Shown: in pieces, positions 14,991 through 22,668 of the stretch
Layout of the letters: every line of letters starts with the position of its first letter
How positions within the stretch are numbered: position 1 is the stretch's first letter
Assembly: GCA_038324235.1 (NCBI GenBank)
Contig: JBBQHT010000026.1
Location: forward strand, 1-26,564
Reading direction: 5' to 3'
From: Acidimicrobiales bacterium
GTDB lineage: Bacteria; Actinomycetota; Acidimicrobiia; Acidimicrobiales; Acidimicrobilacustridaceae
DNA length: 26,564 nucleotides
Notes under the pieces: model-generated
Told to the model about the DNA's origin: nothing
The model's input: the letters and a program-made list of their open reading frames with translations, nothing else
Database searches by the model: none
Translations under genes and position numbers: made by a program

Positions 14991-15545
14991 TCAGCCTCGG
15001 GTCATGCCATCGATGGCGACGGTGATCGCCAGGATGAGCGCAGGATCCACACCCGGTTCGATCTCGACGCCATAGGTCTCACGCACCCGAAACCACTTCT
15101 TCGAGATCTCCGCGACCTTGTCGCCGTTGCGCTCGATCTCGTACTCGTGGTCAACGATGTTGCCGTGGGCCTTGAGGTCGTCGCCCCCGTCCACATCGAT
15201 CTTGAAGCGCTCCCGCACCCCGACGAGCGCCTTGTGCACCGTCGCACTCGAACCGTCGAGCTCGATCGCGATCCTGTCGCGGATGCTCAACTTCTTCTCG
15301 CGGATCAACGCCACCTGGTTGCCGTTCATGTCGTCGAGCTTCCACGTGTCGCGGATGCGCATGGCCTTGCCATCGACATGAAACGCCTTGGCCCCGCCTT
15401 CGTCCTCGATCCAGTAGTCGTCGCCGATCGACAGGAGGTCCTGGCGCATCTGGAAGCGCCGCTTCGGCGGGCCCTCGTTGCGGTGGAGCAGTCCCATGAG
15501 CGTCCTTCCGTCGAGCGGCCATTCCGCGTCCTCGTAGCGCTTCAC
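14991..15545 (-). CDS. LURP-one-related (LOR, DUF567; tubby C-terminal-like fold) protein.
   Basis: The protein reads ...RFQMRQDLLSIGDDYWIEDEGGAKAFHVDGKAMRIRDTWKLDDMNGNQVALIREKKLSIRDRIAIE...YEIERNGDKVAEISKKWFRVRETYGVEI, which is typical of the LOR family as I remember it. It starts at the GTG at 15545 with no clear SD. Its stop is only 7 nt from the convergent synthetase stop. Confidence 0.55.
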   Translation of the reverse strand: MKRYEDAEWPLDGRTLMGLLHRNEGPPKRRFQMRQDLLSIGDDYWIEDEGGAKAFHVDGKAMRIRDTWKLDDMNGNQVALIREKKLSIRDRIAIELDGSSATVHKALVGVRERFKIDVDGGDDLKAHGNIVDHEYEIERNGDKVAEISKKWFRVRETYGVEIEPGVDPALILAITVAIDGMTRG

Positions 15546-15639
15546 CGTACGTCATCGCGGCTGTCGGCAGCGTCATCCAAAACGGGTGAAAAGCGAGCGC
15601 CGTGCCTCGCGACTGGGTGGTCTCGCCGACGACTTCGGT

Positions 15640-16371
15640 TCACTCCGCGCGTCGCCGGAACCCCTCGATGATCGCCCGGAGCTGGGCCCCGTTGGTGGCC
15701 ACGGCCGGTGCGTCAGGACCGACCTCCACCGCCTCGGTCCCCCACTCGGTGGCCGCCAGTTCGTCGAACACCGCCCGGGCGATGGCCTGCGCCCTGCTCT
15801 CGGCCTGCACGACCAGGCTGGTGCTCGTCGACGGCGTGCGGGCGATGCCGAGGTGCGGCCACCCGAGCGGCAGGTACACCACGTCACCGGGACGAGCGAC
15901 GCACTCCCAGTCCGGCTCGTGGATCGCCACGACGCCGGCCGACGCGTCCCCGAGCATCCGCCGCCGCCACTGCTGGGGCGGCACCCTCTCGGGTCGAGCG
16001 AGCCACCACTGCTTCACGCCGTCAAGGTGCACCACGAAGTTGTCGCTATCGTCCACGTGGGCCCCGATCGTGCCGAGCCCGGTGGTGCGGACCACGTCGA
16101 ACCAGACCGCGGGAGTACCGAACAGCGCTTCCGCGGCGGTGAGCGCCTCCGCCACCGCGGGGTCACGGATGCCTTCGAGGAACTGGACCTCGCCGTCCCG
16201 ACGGAGCACCGGCGAGTCGCCAGGCCCGGTAGCGGCAAGCACCCACGAATCGATCGTCGCCGAGGAGAGGCCACGCGGGAGCACGTGATCCACACCGCCT
16301 CGCAGCAGCACCGGGGACCGGCGCCAGTGCTGAGCGAAGAACGCGTTGTCGAGGAGGTCGGTCAGGGACAT
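15640..16371 (-). CDS. Cupin-4/JmjC-domain Fe(II)/2-oxoglutarate-dependent oxygenase (ribosomal-oxygenase-like hydroxylase).
   Basis: It reads MSLTDLLDNAFFAQHWRRSPVLLRGG (cupin_4 N-terminus), then GAHVDDSDNFVVHLDGVKQWWL (the HxD facial triad plus the double-stranded beta-helix core), then ...VVYLPLGWPHLGIA (the distal His). The ATG at 16371 was chosen over the ORF-track start at 16527, because 16527 would overlap the strongly supported GNAT start at 16506. Confidence 0.6.
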   Translation of the reverse strand: MSLTDLLDNAFFAQHWRRSPVLLRGGVDHVLPRGLSSATIDSWVLAATGPGDSPVLRRDGEVQFLEGIRDPAVAEALTAAEALFGTPAVWFDVVRTTGLGTIGAHVDDSDNFVVHLDGVKQWWLARPERVPPQQWRRRMLGDASAGVVAIHEPDWECVARPGDVVYLPLGWPHLGIARTPSTSTSLVVQAESRAQAIARAVFDELAATEWGTEAVEVGPDAPAVATNGAQLRAIIEGFRRRAE

Positions 16372-16505
16372 CGGATCGAGGTCGGCGGATTCGGTAACCG
16401 TTTCGGATCGAGAGCGTCCGGTAACATACCAGCCAACCAGCTCCGGTCTCCGCCTTCCGTCGCCTCCGTGGCCGGTTCGGGGCCGGCCGATAACCAGGAG
16501 GTCCC

Positions 16506-17276
16506 ATGGGCCGTGTCCTCGGGTCAACTGTCAATGCCGGCATGAACGCAGCCACCGGCTTCGGGGGCGTCGGCCCCCGCCGGTTCGGTACGCAGTTCGT
16601 TACCCCCCGCGGGATGGGCGGGCCCGGCCTTGCCGCGCAGCCCTTCGGTGGCGCGGACGTGCTCGGGTTCGAAGCAGCGCTGGTGAGCGAGGCGGTGCTG
16701 ACCGGCCGGAACATCGTGCTGCGTCCGCTGAACACAGGTGACCGTGACCACTACTGCGACACCGTCGAGCGCAACCGGCCGCGGCTCGATGCCAGCGGAA
16801 CCGGTCCGGCGCACGAGCAGACCGCCCCCGCCACGCGCGGCGCGTACGACGAGCTCATCGAGCACTACGACCTCCTCCGCTTGCTCGATCAGGGCCATTG
16901 GTTTGCGCTCGTCGACGGCGACGAGGTCATCGGTGAGATCGGGCTCGAGGGCGTGGTGCGCGGCCAGGTGCAATCGGCGTTCCTCGTGCTCTGGGTCGAC
17001 GAGGCCCACGCGGGCCGGTCCCTCGCGCCGGAGGCGTACGTGCTGCTCGCTCGACATGCGTTCGAGGACCTGGGCCTGCACCGCGTGGAGGCCGCCGTGC
17101 TCACCGACAACGAGGCCGTCAGGCGGGCGTTGGCGAAGCTCGACATCCGCAGCGAAGGAGTCTCACCGCGCTACCTGCTCGTCGAGGGCGAGTGGCAGGA
17201 CCACGAGCGCTTCATCCTCACCGCCGAGGAGTGGACGGAGCGACGCGAAGCGCTCATCGCCGAGTGGGTCGGCTGA
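16506..17276 (+). CDS. GNAT-family N-acetyltransferase (RimJ/RimL-like) with an unusual Gly-rich 50-aa N-terminal extension.
   Basis: AGGAGG lies 4 nt upstream of the ATG at 16506. The core reads LTGRNIVLRPLNTGDRDHY...WFALVDGDEVIGEIGLEGV...FLVLWVDEAHAGRSLAPEAYVLLARHAFEDLGLHRVEAAVLTDNEAVRRALAKL, typical of RimL-type GNATs. The N-terminal extension is MGRVLGSTVNAGMNAATGFGGVGPRRFGTQFVTPRGMGGPGLAAQPFGG. Confidence 0.7.
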   Translation: MGRVLGSTVNAGMNAATGFGGVGPRRFGTQFVTPRGMGGPGLAAQPFGGADVLGFEAALVSEAVLTGRNIVLRPLNTGDRDHYCDTVERNRPRLDASGTGPAHEQTAPATRGAYDELIEHYDLLRLLDQGHWFALVDGDEVIGEIGLEGVVRGQVQSAFLVLWVDEAHAGRSLAPEAYVLLARHAFEDLGLHRVEAAVLTDNEAVRRALAKLDIRSEGVSPRYLLVEGEWQDHERFILTAEEWTERREALIAEWVG

Positions 17277-18538
17277 TCCAGCGGCACCTGCTCGTCCTGC
17301 ATCCGCACCTCGTCCCCCACCCCGCCGGCGGCCTGCTCGTCGACAGCACCACCGGCGCCCGGATCACGCTACCGGCCTCGCTGTTGGCGCTCGCGTCCGC
17401 CTTCGTCACACCCGCGGACCCGGAACGGGTCCTCGCGGCTCGGGCGACCGGCGCCGACCACAGCGATGGCCGCTCGCAGCTCGCCGGGCTCCTCCGGCGC
17501 GGACTGCTCGTGTCTGCGTTTCGCCTGCCGCCGCCGCGCATGGGGCTGTTCGACGCGCCGCGCACGACGCTCGCCCAGGCGTTGGCCAGCCCTGGACCGA
17601 TGGTGGTCGTGTGCGCGATGCCCTACGACGCCGGCACGAGCGGTCGACCCGGCACGCGCGACGCCCCGCAGGCCATCCGCGAGGCCAGCACCGACCTGTA
17701 CTGCCACGATCCGCTCGTCCGCGCCGGATGGTGTGATCCCGTCCTCGACCGTGTGATCCTCGAGGGCGTCGGGCTCGCCGATGTCGGCGACCTCGCGCCG
17801 GTCCTTGCGGCGCGCAACGGTCCGTCGTTCGACGCACTGGCGGGCAACGTCGAGCTGATCATCGCGGGCGGGGCGTTCCCCGTCGTGCTCGGCGGGGACC
17901 ATTCCCTCGCCCTCGCCGCCATCCGGGGGGCCGCCCGAGCTCGACCGGGCATCGGCGTGCTGCACCTCGACGCACATGCCGACGTCGATGTCGGCATCGT
18001 GTTCGGCGGCGAGTCCGGGTCCGGGTCGACCCGCGAGCCAACCGCGGACGCATCCGGCGCAAGCGGCGCACCCGACGAAATCAGCGCTGACGATGGTCGA
18101 TCGGACGACTGGTGGCGCACGGTGCTCCACCACGGCAACGTCATGACGTTCGTGGCGGCCGAGCCCAACGTGGCGTCGCTCGTGCAGGTCGGCATGCGTC
18201 AGCGCTCGCCGGTGCCGGTGCCCGTGCCCGCAGGGACCCGACGCCTCCCCGGCGTCGTGGGCGTGGTGGACGTGCTCGCGGCCATGGACCCGAACCTCGA
18301 CTGGTACGTCTCGCTCGATGTCGACGTGCTCGACCCTTCGGCGCTCCGCGGTACCGGCACACCCCTGCCCGGCGGCTTCACCGCACGCGAGCTGGCCGAC
18401 CTGCTCGCCGGTGTCATCGCCGCCCGCACCGTGATCGGCCTCGACGTCTGCGAACTCATCCCGGATCACCCATCCGAGGTGGCGCTCGTCGCCGACCTCA
18501 TCCTCCAGATCCTGGCCGCCGCCCTTCCTCGACACTGA
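17264..18538 (+). CDS. Fusion protein: an N-terminal PqqD-like RiPP recognition element (RRE) followed by an arginase/agmatinase-family (ureohydrolase) domain with a complete binuclear-Mn ligand set. It is a candidate peptide arginase.
   Basis: The arginase motifs are all present: VLGGDHSLALAAI (GGDHS), VLHLDAHADVDVG (DAHxD), and YVSLDVDVLDPSAL (SxDxDxxDP). The N-terminus is ...MVVVCAMPYDAGTSGRPGTRDAPQAIREAS. About 100 aa precede the core: HPHLVPHPAGGLLVDSTTGARITLPASLLALASAFVTPADPERVLAARATGADHSDGRSQLAGLLRRGLLV. This fits the PqqD pattern (..geallld..tg.il.LNetaa.iwelldg..t.eei...la.........a..dv..fl.eL...GLl). The frame has no ATG. Candidate GTG starts are at 17192, 17231 and 17264. The GTG at 17264 overlaps the GNAT stop (GTGGGTCGGCTGA), which implies translational coupling. 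Confidence 0.6.
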   Translation: MGRLIQRHLLVLHPHLVPHPAGGLLVDSTTGARITLPASLLALASAFVTPADPERVLAARATGADHSDGRSQLAGLLRRGLLVSAFRLPPPRMGLFDAPRTTLAQALASPGPMVVVCAMPYDAGTSGRPGTRDAPQAIREASTDLYCHDPLVRAGWCDPVLDRVILEGVGLADVGDLAPVLAARNGPSFDALAGNVELIIAGGAFPVVLGGDHSLALAAIRGAARARPGIGVLHLDAHADVDVGIVFGGESGSGSTREPTADASGASGAPDEISADDGRSDDWWRTVLHHGNVMTFVAAEPNVASLVQVGMRQRSPVPVPVPAGTRRLPGVVGVVDVLAAMDPNLDWYVSLDVDVLDPSALRGTGTPLPGGFTARELADLLAGVIAARTVIGLDVCELIPDHPSEVALVADLILQILAAALPRH

Positions 18539-18696
18539 GCACCTTCGCGCTGCTGGCACGATGGCGCCGCCGCGGCTTCGGCCCCGCGGCTGGTGGAATT
18601 GCTCGCAGGAGCCATCTCCAACCGCGCCGGGCGCCTTCGTTGGAGCGAGCACCCCTGCGCACGGCATCGGTCGCCGCAGCCGATGCCTGGCACCGC

Positions 18697-19860
18697 TCAC
18701 ACCCGGTGGACGTACGCCTGACAGTACGGGCAGTTCGTCTCGGTGGCGCCAGGCGGGAGGGTCATGGTGGCACCACACGATGTGCACGGGATCTCCGCCG
18801 CGCCGACATCGAGCCGCCGGCCACACCCGTCGCAGACCACGATCGTCGCCCCCGACAACTTGTGCAGCTGCCCGCCGCATCCGCCACAACGGCGCGGCTC
18901 GCCCTGCTCCGGCACGATCGGGACGTAGACGTTGGTGAGCCCCGCCCACTCGATGAGCTGGTGGGCCGAGTCTTGCGGCAGAAACGCGATCCAGGCCTGG
19001 CAGAAGCTCGAGCAGGCCAGCTTCGTGTCGAGGTGCGCGGTCTGGTCGGGATTGAGGTCGTTGACACCGAGGTCCTGATTGAGCCGGTTCACCACCTCGA
19101 TCTGGCGCGACAGCGTCTCGCACATCGGCCAGAACGACGCCGGATCGACCGCCATCGGCATCATCGACGTGTAGCGCAGCCCGACGGCGCGCTGCTTCAT
19201 CTCCTCCGTGACCGCCACCGCCGCAGGCTCGAAGGCGGTGACCGCCGCCGCGGCGGCGAGGTAGTCGACCAATCGTTGCCGGTAGGTGAGATCGCCGCGA
19301 GCCCGGTGGGAGAACGAACCTGGGAAGCTGGAGACATACGCGTCGTAGCACCGGTGCTGCAGCGCGAGGTACCCGTCGCGGTCACCCGCGCCCTGCGCCG
19401 CTCGGAGCTGGGCCTGCATGTCGTTCACCCACATGGCGTAACCCAGGTCCGGGGTGGTGGTGCTCTCGCCGGCACGCCGCATGTCGAAGTCGACCAGGGA
19501 GCCGCAATAGTCGCAGTACACGTAGGCGGTGACCGACGCGAGCTTCTTCGGCGCGCCGCAGTTGGCACACGTGCACCGCTTGACGTACCCGGCGGCCGGT
19601 GGCTCGATGATCGCGAGCACGCGGTGAGCCCAGGTCGCGGCCAAGGCCATCGCGTCCACGTTCGCGCCGCCGGTCCCACGCATCGCACCCATGGCGGCAC
19701 GGGCGTGCGGATCGGCATACAACTGGTGGGCGAGGCGCAACCCGTCGAGCATCGACGGTGCCGCCGGCATCGGATGGCCCGCGGCGCTGGTCACCGGTTG
19801 CTTCTTGCGGAACAGCGCCACACGGACCTCCCGGCCGAGTCGAACGGTGACGAATCGCAT
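18697..19860 (-). CDS. Hypothetical protein with three zinc-ribbon motifs.
   Basis: The three ribbons are [11 protein letters not shown]...(15)...[16 protein letters not shown]...(14)...CDGCGRR, and CTSCGATMT...(13)...CPYCQAYV. The probable start is MRFVTVRL at 19860. The ORF-track start at 19980 would add a 40-aa Cys/His-rich extension that overlaps the gadB upstream region. The start is uncertain. Confidence 0.45.
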   Translation of the reverse strand: MRFVTVRLGREVRVALFRKKQPVTSAAGHPMPAAPSMLDGLRLAHQLYADPHARAAMGAMRGTGGANVDAMALAATWAHRVLAIIEPPAAGYVKRCTCANCGAPKKLASVTAYVYCDYCGSLVDFDMRRAGESTTTPDLGYAMWVNDMQAQLRAAQGAGDRDGYLALQHRCYDAYVSSFPGSFSHRARGDLTYRQRLVDYLAAAAAVTAFEPAAVAVTEEMKQRAVGLRYTSMMPMAVDPASFWPMCETLSRQIEVVNRLNQDLGVNDLNPDQTAHLDTKLACSSFCQAWIAFLPQDSAHQLIEWAGLTNVYVPIVPEQGEPRRCGGCGGQLHKLSGATIVVCDGCGRRLDVGAAEIPCTSCGATMTLPPGATETNCPYCQAYVHRV

Positions 19861-20042
19861 CGACTCTTGCACACGTGGCACGGGCGCACCTCGGCCGGCG
19901 TGCCCCGGTGCGTCCTGCCCGGATATACATTCGGTCGAATGGCACGCGCCACACGCTGTCCGGTGCGCACCGGCCCGCACGTCCGGCGCCAGCCCACGCT
20001 CGACATCGACCTCGCCCCCCTCCAGAACCGAAGGACCTCACC

Positions 20043-21443
20043 ATGACTCTGCACATCCGCGATGCGGTTCGGGATTCGTTGAACGACTCGGTCTTCGCCG
20101 GCCAGAACCTGAACTCGGCCGTCCCGAAGTATCGGTTCCCCGACACCGAGACGAATCCTGACCAGGCGTACCAGATCGTCGCGGACGAGCTCATGCTCGA
20201 CGGCAACTCGCGACAGAACCTGGCGACGTTCTGCCAGACATGGGAGGAGCCGCAGGTCCACAAGCTCATGGAGCTGGCGATCGACAAGAACATGATCGAT
20301 CGCGACGAGTACCCGCAGACCGCGGAGATCGAGCGTCGCGCCGCGCACATGATGGCGGACCTGTGGAACGCACCCGACGCCGCGAACACCGTGGGGTCGT
20401 CGGCGATCGGGTCATCCGAGGCGTGCATGATGGCCGGCATGGCCGCCAAGTGGCGGTGGCGGGCCAAGCGTGAGGCAGCCGGCCTGCCGACCGACCGGCC
20501 GAACATGGTGTGCGGCCCGGTGCAGGTGGTGTGGCACAAGTTCGCCCGGTACTGGGACATCGAGATCCGGGAAGTGCCCATGTCCCCCGGGCACTACGCC
20601 ATGGACGCCACCGACATGCTCGAACGCGTCGATGAGAACACCATCTTCGTCGTACCCACGCTCGGGGTGACCTACACCGGTGCGTTCGAGCTGGTGAAGC
20701 CCCTCGCCGACGCGCTCGATCAACTCCAGGAGAACACGGGCCTGGACATCGACATCCACGTGGACGGGGCCAGCGGCGGGTTCCTGGCCCCGTTCTGCGC
20801 GCCGGAACTCGAGTGGGACTTCCGGTTGCCGCGGGTGAAGTCGATCAGCGCGTCCGGCCACAAGTTCGGCCTGGCCCCGCTCGGCGTCGGTTGGGTCATC
20901 TGGCGCGACGTCGCCGAGTTACCCGACGACCTCATCTTCCACGTCAACTACCTCGGCGGCGACATGCCCGTCTTCCAGCTCAACTTCTCCCGGCCCGCCG
21001 GCCAGATCATCGCCCAGTACTACGACTTCCTGCGCCTCGGGAAGGAGGGCTATCGTCGCATCCACATGGCCTCCTACGAGACCGGCCAGTACCTCGCCGC
21101 GGCGGTACCGCGCCTCGGTCCGTTCGAGCTGCTCTGCGACAGCGACCCGCTCACGGGCATCCCGGCCGTCACATGGCGGATCAAGGAAGGCGAGGATCCC
21201 GGCTTCACGCTCTTCGACCTCGCCGATCGGCTGCGCATGAACGGCTGGCAGGTGCCCGCCTACACCCTGACCGGCGCGGCCGCGGACATCCCGGTCCAGC
21301 GGATCCTGGTACGCCAAGGCGTCAGCCGCGACCTGGCGTCGCTGCTCCTCGAAGACATGCGCGACGCGATCGCCCACTTCGCCAAGCACCCGGTCACCGT
21401 GTCGATGACCAAAGAGGAGTCCAGCGGCTACAGCCACCTCTGA
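20043..21443 (+). CDS. gadB: Glutamate decarboxylase (PLP-dependent).
   Basis: The protein reads [33 protein letters not shown]...[18 protein letters not shown]...[23 protein letters not shown]..., which is the GAD family signature including the PLP-Lys motif S-x-S-G-H-K-F. AAGGA lies about 8 nt upstream of the ATG at 20043. Confidence 0.85.
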   Translation: MTLHIRDAVRDSLNDSVFAGQNLNSAVPKYRFPDTETNPDQAYQIVADELMLDGNSRQNLATFCQTWEEPQVHKLMELAIDKNMIDRDEYPQTAEIERRAAHMMADLWNAPDAANTVGSSAIGSSEACMMAGMAAKWRWRAKREAAGLPTDRPNMVCGPVQVVWHKFARYWDIEIREVPMSPGHYAMDATDMLERVDENTIFVVPTLGVTYTGAFELVKPLADALDQLQENTGLDIDIHVDGASGGFLAPFCAPELEWDFRLPRVKSISASGHKFGLAPLGVGWVIWRDVAELPDDLIFHVNYLGGDMPVFQLNFSRPAGQIIAQYYDFLRLGKEGYRRIHMASYETGQYLAAAVPRLGPFELLCDSDPLTGIPAVTWRIKEGEDPGFTLFDLADRLRMNGWQVPAYTLTGAAADIPVQRILVRQGVSRDLASLLLEDMRDAIAHFAKHPVTVSMTKEESSGYSHL

Positions 21444-21701
21444 CCGAGAGCGATCGCGATCACCACCGATCCTCACTTGGTATGTGCAGCGCAGGCAGCC
21501 GCCGTGCCGACGGTGTCATTCGGCACGGCCCCGGTCGGCCAGTCCCGTGGCGGCGCGCAGCTTGGGGTCTCCCCAGCCGGTCACAAGGTCGATCACACTC
21601 GTCACGGCGTCGTCGTGCGTCTCGCTGAGACCGACGCGGAAATCCGTCAGCAGTTCACAGATCTCGGCCCGGCTCCGGGCTTCGTCGAGGAGTTCGAGCG
21701 C

Positions 21702-21740
21702 GACCACGCGTAGGACGACGAAGGCGTCCTACGCGTGGTC
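21702..21740. terminator. Perfect 16-bp inverted repeat (GACCACGCGTAGGACG / CGTCCTACGCGTGGTC, 7-nt loop) between convergent gadB and DUF1269 genes. It is a candidate bidirectional terminator.
   Basis: I read this directly. The sequence is GACCACGCGTAGGACGacgaaggCGTCCTACGCGTGGTC. It sits 259 nt after the gadB stop and 64 nt after the stop of the reverse-strand gene at 21804. There is no U-tract. Confidence 0.4.
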
Positions 21741-21803
21741 GGGGAGCCGCCACGACACCCCGGCGCATCCGCGCCCGATCTGTGCGGCGCGGGGCAAACG
21801 TCC

Positions 21804-22292
21804 TTACTCCTTGCCGTGCAGCGCCTCTTGGATCTCGGCTTCCTGCTCGGCGCTGAGCGAGGTCTTGATGACGGTGCCGCCGAACTTCGAGAGCTCGGCG
21901 AGCGCCCGATCGGTGGTCATCTGCTCGACGATCATGAACAGGGCCGAGGTCCCGGGCTGGATCTGCGCGCGCACCTGGTCCTGGAACTGCTTGTCGATCG
22001 TCGACTTGCCCAGCTTGCCGCCGAGAGCCCCGAACGCGGCGCCGAGGACCATGCCGAAGAACGGGACGAAGAACAAGATGCCGAACAGCAAGCCCCAGAA
22101 CATGCCCCACGTCGCACCCTGACCGACCACGTGCTGGTTGGTGACCGTGCGGAACTTGCCTTCCTCGTTGCGCACGATCGCCGCCAGGGCGTCGGGCTGG
22201 ATGATCAGATCGGCGGCCATGGCCTCGGCGGCGTCGAGCGCCGAGATCGCGGTCGTCGTGTCGTCATAACCGATGGCAATCAGATCAGGCAT
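21804..22292 (-). CDS. DUF1269-family membrane protein, a canonical member.
   Basis: It reads MPDLIAIGYDDTTTAISALDAAEAMAADLIIQPDALAAIVRNEEGKF...ATWGMFWGLLFGILFFVPFFGMVLGAAFGALGGKLGKSTIDKQFQDQVRAQIQPGTSALFMIVEQMTTDRALAELSKFGGTVIKTSLSAEQEAEIQEAL. This matches the DUF1269 architecture I recall: LIVITFDDE..., the Gly-zipper, ...LPAGSSALFLLV..., ...GGTVLKTSLSEEQE. The start is the internal ATG. The upstream 25 codons of the ORF track are unsupported. Confidence 0.75.
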   Translation of the reverse strand: MPDLIAIGYDDTTTAISALDAAEAMAADLIIQPDALAAIVRNEEGKFRTVTNQHVVGQGATWGMFWGLLFGILFFVPFFGMVLGAAFGALGGKLGKSTIDKQFQDQVRAQIQPGTSALFMIVEQMTTDRALAELSKFGGTVIKTSLSAEQEAEIQEALHGKE

Positions 22293-22668
22293 GGGTGAAA
22301 CTCCTCTAGTGTTTGTTGAATGATGTGTCGCCAATCGTAGGCCGCTCCGCCGAACACGCCGCCACATCTGAGGTCGTCAAGCGAGGCGAGCCCGTCAGGT
22401 CGACCGGCCGAACGCACCAGTTCCGGGGGACCGCCCGGGCACCAGAGCTCGTCGCTCAGCTCCCTGGGGGGATCGTGACATGACCCGGCTCGGCGGCCCG
22501 AGGCGCAGGACTCCCACCGGTCGTGGTCTTCCAGCGCGCAGCTGCCGCGGCGAAGCTCTTCGCAAGGCCCCACACAGAACCCTGTGCGAGCGCCAGATCA
22601 TGCTGTACCCTCTCACGATCCCCCATAGCCAAGGGGACTTTGCGTATCGACCAGCTGGGGGTTGCGTC

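Noticed and set aside
16372-16527. The longer N-terminal extension of the cupin-4 gene (ORF-track start at 16527).
   Set aside because: It would overlap the GNAT start at 16506, which has an AGGAGG RBS. The conserved cupin_4 N-terminus (MSLTDLLDNAFF...) begins at the internal ATG at 16371.
21516-21707. A 63-codon reverse-strand ORF between gadB and the DUF1269 gene.
   Set aside because: Its GTG start lies inside the 16-bp perfect hairpin, and it has no RBS or recognisable fold. It is more likely non-coding 3'-UTR or terminator sequence. I cannot fully exclude a small protein.
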